Below are positions 25,671 to 34,925 of a DNA stretch of 48,806 nt, piece after piece. The notes under the pieces were generated by a model. That model worked only from the letters and a program-made list of their open reading frames with translations. It had not been told where the DNA came from and ran no database searches. Position 1 is the stretch's first letter, and each line of letters starts with the position of its first letter. Source of the DNA: Terriglobales bacterium (GTDB lineage Bacteria > Acidobacteriota > Terriglobia > Terriglobales > Acidobacteriaceae); assembly GCA_035496015.1 (NCBI GenBank), contig DATJFA010000254.1, positions 1 to 48,806 of the forward strand. Direction: 5' to 3'. Made by a program: the position numbers and the translations under genes.

Positions 25671-26030
25671 ATGGGACAGTCGTATCGTGACCTGATTGCG
25701 TGGCAAAAAGGCAATGACCTTGTGACCGAGATCTATCGAGTCACGCAACAGTTTCCGCGAGAGGAGTTGTATGGCCTAAGGAACCAATTACGACGCGCCG
25801 CTGTATCCGTCCCCAGCAAAATTGCCGAAGGCCAGGCGCGATTTTCGCCTAAGGAATTTCACCATTTCCTCGCTACCGCACGTGGTTCGCTCGTCGAAAT
25901 TGAAACGCAGGTCATAATCTCCGAGAAACTGAAGTATCTTGAGCCGGAGGTATATCACAGTATTCTTGAGCAAACTGCCGAGCTAGGTCGAATACTTAAC
26001 GGCCTCATTGCTTCGATTAAGCCCAAGTAG
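25671..26030 (+). CDS. Four-helix-bundle protein (23S rRNA intervening-sequence protein family)
   Basis: SYRDLIAWQKGNDLVTEIYRVTQQFPREELYGLRNQLRRAAVSVPSKIAEG…GSLVEIETQ. SD ggagga lies 6 nt before the ATG at 25671. Confidence 0.9.
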   Translation: MGQSYRDLIAWQKGNDLVTEIYRVTQQFPREELYGLRNQLRRAAVSVPSKIAEGQARFSPKEFHHFLATARGSLVEIETQVIISEKLKYLEPEVYHSILEQTAELGRILNGLIASIKPK

Positions 26031-26045
26031 GCGTGCACTATGGCA

Positions 26046-26078
26046 ACTGAGAACCGAGAACTGAGAACCGAGAACTGA
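26046..26078. repeat. Heptanucleotide tandem array (gagaacy), right arm, reverse complement of 25588-25630
   Basis: The reverse complement reads t cagttct cggttct cagttct cggttct cagt. Confidence 0.9.
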
Positions 26079-26081
26079 TCC

Positions 26082-26813
26082 ATGCACGCCATCGCCCTCA
26101 GCGTCCTGCTCGGCCTGACGGCTGCCGCCGCCAACGTGGTGGGCGGCGCGGTGGTAGCGCGTCGGCCCTGGGAACAGCGTTATCTGAAGTACTTTGTAGC
26201 CCTGGGCGCCGGCTTCATGCTGGCCACCGCGCTGGTGGAGATGGTGCCGGAGAGCGTCAAACTGCGCGGTTTCAGCGCCGGCTTTGTGATTCTGCTCGGC
26301 TACCTGCTCATCCATTTTTTTGAGCACACGGTCACGCCTCACTTCCATTTTGGGGAGGAGACTCACACCGCCGAGTTTGTGCAGGCGCACAAAGGAATCT
26401 CCGTCCTGCTCGGCCTGATCATCCATACTTTTTTTGACGGCATCGCCATCACCTCCGGCTTTCTGGTGTCCAGTTGGCTGGGATGGATCATCTTCATCGC
26501 CGTTTTCCTGCACAAGATTCCGGAAGGCTTCACCGTGGCCTCGGTGATGCTGGCCAGCGGGCGCAGCCGCGGCATGGCCTGGGGCGCCTCGGCTCTGCTG
26601 GGCGCGGCCACGCTCGCCGGCGTGCTGACCATGGCACTATTCCGGCACCAGGTCGGGGCCGGACTGCCGCTTTCCGCCGGCGTCACCATCTACGTTGCCG
26701 CCTCCGACCTCATCCCCGAAGTCAATAAGGAGCCCGGCGTCAAGATGGCGCTGGTGGTCTTCGTGGGAGTGGCTTTTCTTTTTGTGCTGGACAGAATTTT
26801 TCACGTCCACTAG
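26082..26813 (+). CDS. ZIP family divalent metal transporter
   Basis: IIHTFFDGIAITSGF and FLHKIPEGFTVASVM motifs, multi-pass membrane protein. Confidence 0.9.
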   Translation: MHAIALSVLLGLTAAAANVVGGAVVARRPWEQRYLKYFVALGAGFMLATALVEMVPESVKLRGFSAGFVILLGYLLIHFFEHTVTPHFHFGEETHTAEFVQAHKGISVLLGLIIHTFFDGIAITSGFLVSSWLGWIIFIAVFLHKIPEGFTVASVMLASGRSRGMAWGASALLGAATLAGVLTMALFRHQVGAGLPLSAGVTIYVAASDLIPEVNKEPGVKMALVVFVGVAFLFVLDRIFHVH

Positions 26814-27007
26814 CTGCGATTGCGAAGTAGTAGAATTGGTGCGAAGCAGTCTCAGGGTTTGTTCATGCACACGGTTTCATCTGGGCGCCAGCCCGATGTT
26901 CCTTCCCCACCACAGAACCAAATTCATATCCCAGAAGCAGCCAGCTTGGGCAGGTCGCTGGCCCATGACTGGCTGCCCACCTGGCAACGCCTGGTGGTCA
27001 TCTCCCT

Positions 27008-27349
27008 TTGTTCGCATTGTTTGTATTTTGCAGCAGCCTGGCGGTGGATTACATTCTGCTCGTCCATCGCGATTCGCCAGTGGCCACGGTGGAGGTTTCC
27101 GACGCGCTGGCCGCCCTGCTCGCAGGTGTGCTTTTCTACAAGATCCTCGACGCCGGACGGAAGCGCCGCAAACTGATCCTGCAGCGGCTGGAATCCATTG
27201 ACCAGATGAACCACCATATCCGCAATGCCCTGCAGGTTATTTCTTTCACCGTCCACGCCAACCAGGAGCACGCCAAGGAGGTGGACAATATTGACCGCGC
27301 GGTAAATCGCATTCAGTGGGCGCTGCGGGAAATTTTGCCGAAGATGTGA
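27008..27349 (+). CDS. Small membrane-anchored hypothetical protein with a DHp-like His helix
   Basis: N-terminal hydrophobic segment, then LESIDQMNHHIRNALQVISF, which resembles a histidine-kinase dimerisation helix. The start is uncertain (TTG at 27008, or CTG further upstream). Confidence 0.5.
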   Translation: MFALFVFCSSLAVDYILLVHRDSPVATVEVSDALAALLAGVLFYKILDAGRKRRKLILQRLESIDQMNHHIRNALQVISFTVHANQEHAKEVDNIDRAVNRIQWALREILPKM

Positions 27350-27363
27350 AGCGGGCGGAGCCG

Positions 27364-27395
27364 GTAGTACCTAGTACCTAGTTTCCAGTACCGAG
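27364..27395. repeat. Heptanucleotide-period array (agtacct family)
   Basis: gt agtacct agtacct agtttcc agtaccg ag. Confidence 0.65.
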
Positions 27396-27504
27396 GGAAC
27401 TCTGATCAAGGTGCTGTCTTGGAAAGAAACGGCCTTCAGCTAGGTCGTGCCATACTGAATCAGAGTCTCCCAAGTAGCCAGTTCCCAGTCGGTTTGACCA
27501 GACA

Positions 27505-27530
27505 GGATACCTGGGTACTGGATACTAGCT
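27505..27530. repeat. Heptanucleotide-period array, inverted partner of 27364-27395
   Basis: The reverse complement reads agctagt atccagt acccagg tatcc. Confidence 0.55.
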
Positions 27531-27537
27531 CCGAACC

Positions 27538-28743
27538 CTACTCAACCTGGTGTTTTGCCGTGTAGCCGTCGCGATAAACCAGCTGGTACTTCACTTCTTT
27601 GCCTTTCTGATTATGGATCTTCAACGGCTGTCCGTCCGGCGCCACCAACTCGACCTTGAGCTTGCGGTAGGTGCCATCCAGCTTTGAGTCCGTGGGGTGA
27701 TAGGCAATGGTGTACTGGTTGCGCAGGGAAGCTCCGATATCGCGATAAATATCCGGCAACTCGCCCTCGAAGCGCGGGAAGTAGGCCTTGCCGCCGGTCA
27801 GCTTGGCGAAGGTTCGCATCTGGTTATCGGCCTGCAGGTAGTCCATCATGGCGGCGGAGACGTCGGGATTCATCCCGTAGTGCGACTCCACATATTCCCG
27901 CCACATGAAGCCGATGCTGACCGGGAAGATGGTGACATCTTTCGTCGCCTTGACCTTCTGCATGATCTGGTCCAGCGTGAGCTTGCTGAAGGTGTCGCGC
28001 CCGGTGGAAACCACCACAATCGCCTTGCGCCCGGGGAGGCGGTCCAGCCGGTCGAGGGTGTCGGAGAGAGCGTCAAACAGATTGGTTTCGCTGAAGCCAG
28101 GAATGCGCAACTGGTTCAGAGCACCGAAGACGGCCCGCTTGTCCTGGGTAAAGTCCACCAGGATATAAGGCTTCATGTCATAAGAGACCACCGCCACCCA
28201 GTCATTCGGCTTCAGGGAATTGGCGAAATAGTAGGACGCGTTCAGGGCGTCGTACATGAAGGAGTAGTTAGTGGCCGCAAACTCTACCAGCAGCACCGCG
28301 GTGATGGGAGCCTCCGACTGGTTGAAACTGGTTAAGTTCTGCTGTACCCCGTCTTCGAACACCTTGAAATTGTCCTTTTTCAGGCCGGGAATGAACTGTC
28401 CTTCCTTGGTAAGCGCCATTACGTCCAAAGTAACTAGTGGGACGTTGACCTGGATGGAGTAGTCCGGCATCCCAGGCACTTTCTTGGGTGCGGGAGGAGG
28501 CGGCGGAGGCGGTTCTTCCTTCTTTTTGGGGACCGCGATGGGGCCAATATCTCCTTGCGGACCACCAGCTTCCGGCGGGGCTTGCTCGGTAGGCTTCTGT
28601 TGCTGCTGGCTGGAACTTTGGTCTTGGGATTGCGCCCCGGCCAGCGCCAGGCTAGTAAGCAGCAGGCAGAGAACGGCAAACAGGCTAACTGCCCGCAGGG
28701 CAGGCCTTTGCCCTGGGGAACAGGACGATGGCAGACTCAACAT
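27538..28743 (-). CDS. VWA domain protein of the acidobacterial VWFA-related type
   Basis: Signal peptide, Q/P-rich linker, VNVPLVTLDVMALTKEGQFIPGLKKDNFKVFEDGVQQ, then a VWA fold block (AIVVVSTGRDTFS). Confidence 0.85.
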   Translation of the reverse strand: MLSLPSSCSPGQRPALRAVSLFAVLCLLLTSLALAGAQSQDQSSSQQQQKPTEQAPPEAGGPQGDIGPIAVPKKKEEPPPPPPPAPKKVPGMPDYSIQVNVPLVTLDVMALTKEGQFIPGLKKDNFKVFEDGVQQNLTSFNQSEAPITAVLLVEFAATNYSFMYDALNASYYFANSLKPNDWVAVVSYDMKPYILVDFTQDKRAVFGALNQLRIPGFSETNLFDALSDTLDRLDRLPGRKAIVVVSTGRDTFSKLTLDQIMQKVKATKDVTIFPVSIGFMWREYVESHYGMNPDVSAAMMDYLQADNQMRTFAKLTGGKAYFPRFEGELPDIYRDIGASLRNQYTIAYHPTDSKLDGTYRKLKVELVAPDGQPLKIHNQKGKEVKYQLVYRDGYTAKHQVE

Positions 28744-28890
28744 GAATCCCTCTAGACGAGACTCTCTCTGTGCTAGTATAGATGCACTCTGACGCGATTT
28801 GGATAGATATCGCGGCGGCCTACCTCCCCGACATTTAAAAACCTGGCTCCAGACTTCAGCATGCGGAGTCTATCCAGACAGAGTAGCTGG

Positions 28891-30684
28891 ATGAAAAATA
28901 AGAATTTTGCGCCCCTGGTTGTGTTCAGTTTGTTTCTGTTGACGGTCGCCGGTGTTGCCAGCGACCTGTCCCTGAAAACCAAAATTCTGCCATTGAGCCA
29001 GATCCACGCCGGCATGCGTGGGGTCGCTTACACCGTATTCCAGGGAACTACGCCTGAGCCGATGGAAGTGGAGGTTCTGGGAGTTCTGAAGGATGTAAAC
29101 GGCCCTAAGGGCGACGTGATCTTAGTGCGCCTGCACGGCCCCAAGGTGGAATACACCGGCGTGGTCGCCGGCATGAGCGGCAGCCCGGTTTACATTGACG
29201 GCAAGCTGGTGGGCGCATTAGCGTTCCGTATCGGCGAGTTCTCCAAAGAGCCTATTGCCGGCGTCACTCCTATTCAGGAAATGCTGGAGATCAGCGAACT
29301 GGACCGCAGCAAGCCGAATGACATCCAGCCCGCCTCCGCCAAGGCGCCGCAGGTAACCACCAAGACCGCTTCGCCCGGTGTCGCTTCCGCGCCTGCGGGG
29401 TACAAGGACTACCTAACTCCGATCGAAACCCCGCTGGTGTTTACCGGCTTCAGCGATCAGGCCTTCCAGCGTTTCGCATCGCAGTTCCATGCTGCCGGCA
29501 TCGTGCCCGTAATGGGCGCAGGTTCGGTGAGCCCGGATGAAAAACAGCCTGAGCCGCTAGTGCCTGGTTCCTCCATCAGCGCCGTGCTGGTGCGTGGTGA
29601 CATGAATATTGCCGCCACGTGCACCGTGACTTATCTGGATGCCAGCCACCTGCTGGCCTGCGGCCATCCCTTGATGCAGTTCGGCAATGTGAACCTGCCC
29701 ATGGATAAGGCGGAGGTGCTCGCCACTCTTCCCTCCCCCGCAAACGCTTTCAAGATCGTCAACACCACCGAGCAGGTCGGCTCGTTCGTACAGGACCGCC
29801 ACAACGGCATCCTGGGCGTGTTCAACAAGCAGCCGCAGATGATTCCGGTGACGCTGAGCATTCACGGCGTCACCAGCCCCAAAACGTTCCACTATGAGGT
29901 GCTGGACAACAGCAAGCTGACGCCGCTGGCCATGATGGCCACCGTTTTCAGCGCCCTGCAGGGGGTGAACGAATACGGCGAGGACACCACATATCGGCTG
30001 GAAGGCCGCATCAAGGTTAATGGTTATCCTGAGGTGGAGTTGCGGGACATGTTTGCTCCCGGCGATGGCGGCCAGCCTACTGGGGTGATGGTGGCGCTTT
30101 CACTGGGTGACCGCTTCAGCCGCATTTTTGATAATTCCTACGAGGTGCCAAACCTCCGCAGCGTGGACCTGAGTTTCGACCTGGTGAACGACCGCCGCTC
30201 TGCCCGCCTGGAGAGCGCTCGCACCGACGCAACCGAAGCGCGGCCGGGTGACGAAGTTATGGTGGAGGCGGTGCTGCGGCCTTATCGCGGTGAGCGCATT
30301 GTGCGCAGGATTCCTATTCGCGTTCCTACTTCCTCTTCCAAGGGTGCGCTGCGCATTCTAGTGAGCGATGGCGATACTCTGGACCGAATCCGCAGCAGCG
30401 GCCTGCCTATGGGTCGCCAGCTCGATCTGGGCTCCATTATTGCCGTGCTCAACAAAGAGCACTCCAATGACCGCCTCTATGTTTCCCTGCTGGAGGCTGA
30501 TCCAGAAGCCATGGTGCAGGACAAGGTAATGCCCAGTCTGCCGCTTTCAGTGATGAACGTCATGGATGGCATGCGCGGCACACAGGACATGGTGGTGCTG
30601 GGCGAGTCTTCGGTAAATGAAGCCTCTACCCCGCTGGATTACCAGGTCTCCGGGGCGCAGATCATTGCTTTGACAATAAAGTAG
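28891..30684 (+). CDS. SpoIVB-like peptidase S55 domain protein (secreted)
   Basis: GVVAGMSGSPVYIDGKLVGALAF catalytic-Ser motif. The signal peptide starts from the ATG at 28891 (MKNKNFAPLVVFSLFLL). Confidence 0.8.
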   Translation: MKNKNFAPLVVFSLFLLTVAGVASDLSLKTKILPLSQIHAGMRGVAYTVFQGTTPEPMEVEVLGVLKDVNGPKGDVILVRLHGPKVEYTGVVAGMSGSPVYIDGKLVGALAFRIGEFSKEPIAGVTPIQEMLEISELDRSKPNDIQPASAKAPQVTTKTASPGVASAPAGYKDYLTPIETPLVFTGFSDQAFQRFASQFHAAGIVPVMGAGSVSPDEKQPEPLVPGSSISAVLVRGDMNIAATCTVTYLDASHLLACGHPLMQFGNVNLPMDKAEVLATLPSPANAFKIVNTTEQVGSFVQDRHNGILGVFNKQPQMIPVTLSIHGVTSPKTFHYEVLDNSKLTPLAMMATVFSALQGVNEYGEDTTYRLEGRIKVNGYPEVELRDMFAPGDGGQPTGVMVALSLGDRFSRIFDNSYEVPNLRSVDLSFDLVNDRRSARLESARTDATEARPGDEVMVEAVLRPYRGERIVRRIPIRVPTSSSKGALRILVSDGDTLDRIRSSGLPMGRQLDLGSIIAVLNKEHSNDRLYVSLLEADPEAMVQDKVMPSLPLSVMNVMDGMRGTQDMVVLGESSVNEASTPLDYQVSGAQIIALTIK

Positions 30685-30769
30685 TTGGTAGCTAGTAGCT
30701 GGTAGTTAGTAGCTCGTGCTACCAAACGTTGCCAAATCGCCAACTACCAACTACAAACTACCAGCTACC
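30681..30769. repeat. Inverted pair of heptanucleotide arrays (gtagctg / cagctac) forming a long imperfect hairpin
   Basis: Left arm gtagttg gtagcta gtagctg gtagtta gtagctc. Right arm ccaacta ccaacta caaacta ccagcta cc. The spacer is 23 nt. Confidence 0.8.
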
Positions 30770-30856
30770 TTTTGGGGTCCCGCGCCCATACGCAGAGTGG
30801 CTGCTTCCCGTGATACTCTGAGCTTTCCCCCAATGTATTTAGAGGCCGCAAGCAAG

Positions 30857-33085
30857 ATGCCCAAATTCCTCGCGCTTTTCGTCATCATTCTGGCTACAAC
30901 CCTTGTCCTGGCTGAAGGCACCCGCACCTGGGAGCAATCGAGCTTTGACGATTTCGAGAAAGGCACCGCCAATGGCGTGGCCATCACCAGCGACGGCGCG
31001 CTGGAGCTGGCGCCTTCGTTCCGCTCACTGTACGTCACCCCGTCCACCTATACCTGGGCCATGGACACCGACAGCGAAGGCAATGTTTATGTTGCTGCCG
31101 GCTCTCCCGCCCGGGTTTATCGCATCACGCCGCAGGGAAATGCCAGCGTGATCTTCGCGCCGCAGGAACTGCAGGTGCAGACGCTGGTGGTGGGACCGCG
31201 AAACACGATTTATGCGGGCACCTCGCCGGATGGCAAGGTCTACAAAATCGAGCGCAAGAAGGCAGCTTCCGGGGCCGCCGACCAAGGCCAGGCCGCCTCA
31301 GACTCCAAGAGCACATTCACCGTTGACCCGAATTATTCCTCAACCGTTCTCTTCACTCCCGGCTCTAAGTACATCTGGAATCTGGCTCTGGACAAGCAGG
31401 GCAACCTGTACGTGGCTACCGGCGACCATGGCGAGATCTTCAAGGTGGCGCAAAATGGCGAACATTCGCTGTTCTTCAAGAGCGACGACGCCCACATTCG
31501 TGTCCTTGCCTTCGACTCCAAGGGTAACCTGATCGCCGGTTCCGACGGCAGTGGTTTGGTTTATCGCATTTCCCCCGATGGCCAGGCTTTTGTTCTCTAT
31601 AGCGCCCCCAAGAAGGAAATCACGGCCCTGGCCATTGATGCCAAAGGAAACATTTACGCCGCCGCAGTGGGCGAGAAGCGTGGCCAGCCGGGTGGCGGTT
31701 TGCCTGTCCAGGTGCCGGTTGTCCCCGTGCCTTCCGGCCCGCAGATGGGCTTGACTGTCAGTGCCGGGCCGTCAACTCCTGCCCCTATGGTCTCGGTTCC
31801 CAGCTTCCCTACCGCTGGGGGATCGGAAATTTACCGCATTGCGCCTGACGGGTCGCCGCTCACGGTGTGGAGTTCGCACGACGATCTGGTCTACGCCCTG
31901 GCCTTCGATCATGCGAACAGGCTGCTGGCCGGCACCGGGAACAAGGGCCACATTTACGCTATAACCGGCAACGATGAATTTACCGACCTGCTGAAAGCTC
32001 CGGCCAACCAGGTAACTGCTTTTGCCAAGGCGCCGCAGGGCGGGCTGTACGCGTGCAGCAGCAACTTCGGGAAGGTGTTCGTGCTCGGGTCGCAGCCGCA
32101 AACCGAGGGCACATACGAGAGCGATGTTTTCGACGCGCACATCTTTTCCCGCTGGGGCCGCGCCGAGGTGCGCTCCAGCGGCCCGGTGGACTTTTACGCC
32201 CGCAGCGGCAATGTAGATAATCCCGACCGCAACTGGAGCACATGGCAGAAGGTTGACCTGCTTAACCAAGGCACGGTCTCCATTCCATCGGCACGGTTTG
32301 TGCAGTGGAAGGCGGTGCTTCACGCCGGCCACACTTCGGCCAGCGTAGACAGGGTGGTCGTCAATTACCTGCCCAAGAACGTGGCTCCCGAGATTGACGA
32401 CGTGGTGGTGCAGGTGGGCATGCGGTATCAGCCCATACCCAAGCCTCCTGTCGAAGCCGGCGGCGCGGGCGGGCCTCCCCCCGGGAATACGCCCCTTCCC
32501 CCGCCGATTCACGACCGCGATTCCATCGCCGTGCACTGGACGGCACACGACGACAATGAGGATCAACTGGTCTACTCGCTTTACTATCGCGGCGATGGCG
32601 ACACCCGCTGGCTGCTACTGAAGAATGGCCTGGACGACCGCTATTATTCGTTCGACGCCAGCCTTCTGCCCGATGGCGGCTATGCCATGAAGGTGGTCGC
32701 CTCGGACGCGCCTTCGCACTCACCCAATGAGGCGCTGACCTCTTCCCAGGAGAGCTCGCGCTTCGAAGTGGACACCACGCCGCCGGCCATTCAGGACCTG
32801 CGCGGGACTGCTTCCGGCGGGCAGTTGCGCGTAACCTTCCGCGCCCTGGACAGCTTTTCACCCATAAAACGAGCGGAATACTCCATTGACGCCAAGGACT
32901 GGCAATACATCGAGCCGGTGGGCCAGATTTCCGATTCTAAAACGGAAAGCTATGACTTCAGCATTCCCCTGGCCGCGGGCGACCCCCAGGAGCACATCGT
33001 CGTAGTCCGCGCCTACGACCGCTTTGAGAACATGGGCGCCGCCAAGTTTGTGGTGAAAGCTGCTTCTTCGCAGCCGGGAAAATAA
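30857..33085 (+). CDS. Secreted beta-propeller protein with C-terminal Fn3/Ig-like domains
   Basis: Signal MPKFLALFVIILATTLVLAEG, repeated GNxYxA…G.VYRI blades, and a C-terminal block HWTAHDDNEDQLVYSLYYRGDGDTRW…FEVDTTPP. Confidence 0.8.
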   Translation: MPKFLALFVIILATTLVLAEGTRTWEQSSFDDFEKGTANGVAITSDGALELAPSFRSLYVTPSTYTWAMDTDSEGNVYVAAGSPARVYRITPQGNASVIFAPQELQVQTLVVGPRNTIYAGTSPDGKVYKIERKKAASGAADQGQAASDSKSTFTVDPNYSSTVLFTPGSKYIWNLALDKQGNLYVATGDHGEIFKVAQNGEHSLFFKSDDAHIRVLAFDSKGNLIAGSDGSGLVYRISPDGQAFVLYSAPKKEITALAIDAKGNIYAAAVGEKRGQPGGGLPVQVPVVPVPSGPQMGLTVSAGPSTPAPMVSVPSFPTAGGSEIYRIAPDGSPLTVWSSHDDLVYALAFDHANRLLAGTGNKGHIYAITGNDEFTDLLKAPANQVTAFAKAPQGGLYACSSNFGKVFVLGSQPQTEGTYESDVFDAHIFSRWGRAEVRSSGPVDFYARSGNVDNPDRNWSTWQKVDLLNQGTVSIPSARFVQWKAVLHAGHTSASVDRVVVNYLPKNVAPEIDDVVVQVGMRYQPIPKPPVEAGGAGGPPPGNTPLPPPIHDRDSIAVHWTAHDDNEDQLVYSLYYRGDGDTRWLLLKNGLDDRYYSFDASLLPDGGYAMKVVASDAPSHSPNEALTSSQESSRFEVDTTPPAIQDLRGTASGGQLRVTFRALDSFSPIKRAEYSIDAKDWQYIEPVGQISDSKTESYDFSIPLAAGDPQEHIVVVRAYDRFENMGAAKFVVKAASSQPGK

Positions 33086-33126
33086 GTGGCCAGCTACAAT
33101 CAGGCATTCACCGGTTGATCATTAAC

Positions 33127-33155
33127 CTTTGTGGCGCGGGCGCCCTCGCCCGCGG
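33127..33155. repeat. REP-like motif ctttgtggcgcgggcgcc(c)tcgcccgcg
   Basis: Also present at 43461-43487. Confidence 0.6.
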
Positions 33156-33289
33156 CTTTTGATGGCGTGCTTTGCCAACATCAACTATGGCTCGGAATGA
33201 GACCACGCTGAGGGCGGGACGCCCTTAGGACAGCCGGCGAGACGCCGGCGCTACACACCATTCGCGGGCGCCCGTGCTTCCTTGTGGTA

Positions 33290-33311
33290 GAGACGTTACT
33301 TGTAACGTCTC
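33290..33311. promoter_or_regulatory. Perfect 10-bp palindrome upstream of lolC/E, next to a TATAAT box
   Basis: gagacgttac-tt-gtaacgtctc. A consensus tataat lies at 33330-33335, 41 nt before the ATG. Confidence 0.3.
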
Positions 33312-33376
33312 CCTTCGCCTCCTTGCCGCTATAATCGCCTTTCAGTTAAGAGCTAAAGGCCAATAGCTGCTTCTTC

Positions 33377-34666
33377 ATGTCCTTCGAACTTTTCGTCGCC
33401 CGACGATACCTGCGTGCCAAACGCAGACAAGCTGTCATTGGCGTCATTACCGCCATTTCCATCGCCGGAGTCGCTGCCGGCGTAGCCTCGCTCATCATTG
33501 CCCTCTCCATTACTAACGGCTTTCGCACTGACCTGCAGCAGCGCCTTCTTGGCGCCACTGCTCACATCAATCTGATGCGCGTGCAGAGCCAGGGCATCAC
33601 CAACTGGAGGCAGCTTCTGGCCAGGATGCTGCGGCAGCCGCACGTTGTCGCGGGGGCGCCGGCCATCTACGAACAACTTTTGATTTCGCGCGGCGCCCGT
33701 GCCCAGGGCGCTGTGCTCAAGGGGATTATTCCCGCTGATGAGCGCAAGGTCAGCGACCTGCTGGGAAGCATCAAGCAAGGCTCTGCCGCCGAGCTCAGCG
33801 AAGCGCAAGCAGCCCCGCCGGCGGCCTCGGCTTCGCCTTCCTCCCTGGAGGCGGCGCGCCAGCGCGTGCAATCTTTGCCGCCTATCGTCCTCGGCAAAGA
33901 TATGGCCGACCAGCTCGGCGCCACCGTTGGGTCCGTCGTGCTGGTTACCAGCCCGCAGGGAGAGCTCACGCCTTTTGGCCTGGTACCGAAATTCCAGAAT
34001 TTCCGCGTGGTGGGAATTTTTGAGTCCGGCTTCTACGACTACGACAGCTCCTGGGCCCTGACCAGCCTCTCCGCCGCGCAGAAATTGTTTGGCCTGGGAG
34101 ATGAAATTGCCGTGCTTGAATTCAAGGTGGATGACATCTACCGCGCCGCCCAGATCGGCCAGGAACTGGAGAAAGCGGCGGGCCAGGGCTTCATGACCAC
34201 CAACTGGATGGAGCAGAACCGCGCTCTCTTCCGCGCCCTGCGCCTGGAGCAGGTGGTCACTTTTATTACCATCGGGCTGATTGTGTTCGTGGCGGCGCTC
34301 AACATCCTGATCTCGCTCACCATGATGGTGATGGAGAAGACGCGCGACATTGCTGTGCTCATGTCCATGGGCGCGCGCAAGCGGCAGATTCGCCGCGTAT
34401 TTGTCACCCAGGGCGTGCTCATCGGCGTGCTGGGAACCATAATCGGCCTAGTCGTTGGCTATGTGCTTTCCTGGGCCGGCGGCCACTACCATCTGATTTC
34501 GCTTTCGCCGGAAGTCTATTCCATTGACTATGTTCCCTTCGCGCCCACCGTGCTCGATGGCGTGCTGGTCGCGGCGGTGGCGTTGGCCATTTCCTTTGTG
34601 GCTACCATCTATCCTTCCTGGTCGGCGGCGCGGATCGCGCCCGCGGAAGCGCTTCGTTACGAGTAG
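33377..34666 (+). CDS. LolC/LolE family lipoprotein-releasing ABC transporter permease
   Basis: MSFELFVARRYLRAKRRQAVIGVITAISIAGVAAGVASLI, a large periplasmic loop, and a C-terminal FtsX-type 3-TM bundle. Confidence 0.9.
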   Translation: MSFELFVARRYLRAKRRQAVIGVITAISIAGVAAGVASLIIALSITNGFRTDLQQRLLGATAHINLMRVQSQGITNWRQLLARMLRQPHVVAGAPAIYEQLLISRGARAQGAVLKGIIPADERKVSDLLGSIKQGSAAELSEAQAAPPAASASPSSLEAARQRVQSLPPIVLGKDMADQLGATVGSVVLVTSPQGELTPFGLVPKFQNFRVVGIFESGFYDYDSSWALTSLSAAQKLFGLGDEIAVLEFKVDDIYRAAQIGQELEKAAGQGFMTTNWMEQNRALFRALRLEQVVTFITIGLIVFVAALNILISLTMMVMEKTRDIAVLMSMGARKRQIRRVFVTQGVLIGVLGTIIGLVVGYVLSWAGGHYHLISLSPEVYSIDYVPFAPTVLDGVLVAAVALAISFVATIYPSWSAARIAPAEALRYE

Positions 34667-34668
34667 CT

Positions 34669-34795
34669 CCAGCCCCGAAGACGGAAGAGTTCTTGTGAAA
34701 CGTTCTTTCGCCCCGCTGGGGCTATGAATTTACTCCACTTTGTACCCCGGACGTACGTCCCGGGCTACATTCTGGTGCCGCTCCGCGGCTCAAGA
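34669..34795. repeat. REP/MITE-like palindromic region
   Basis: agcccc…ggggct arms (34671-34722) and the near-perfect palindrome cccggacgtacgtcccggg (about 34746-34765). Confidence 0.4.
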
Positions 34796-34925
34796 ATGAA
34801 GGTACTGTTCCATCGCCGTCTGAATTTCTGAGTTCTCACCCAGACTCCGAAGCCATGGGTAAGCAGCGTAAAGCAAAGACGCAAGTCCCGTGGGTACGGC
34901 ACTCGTCGTCTGCTCGCGCAACGGC

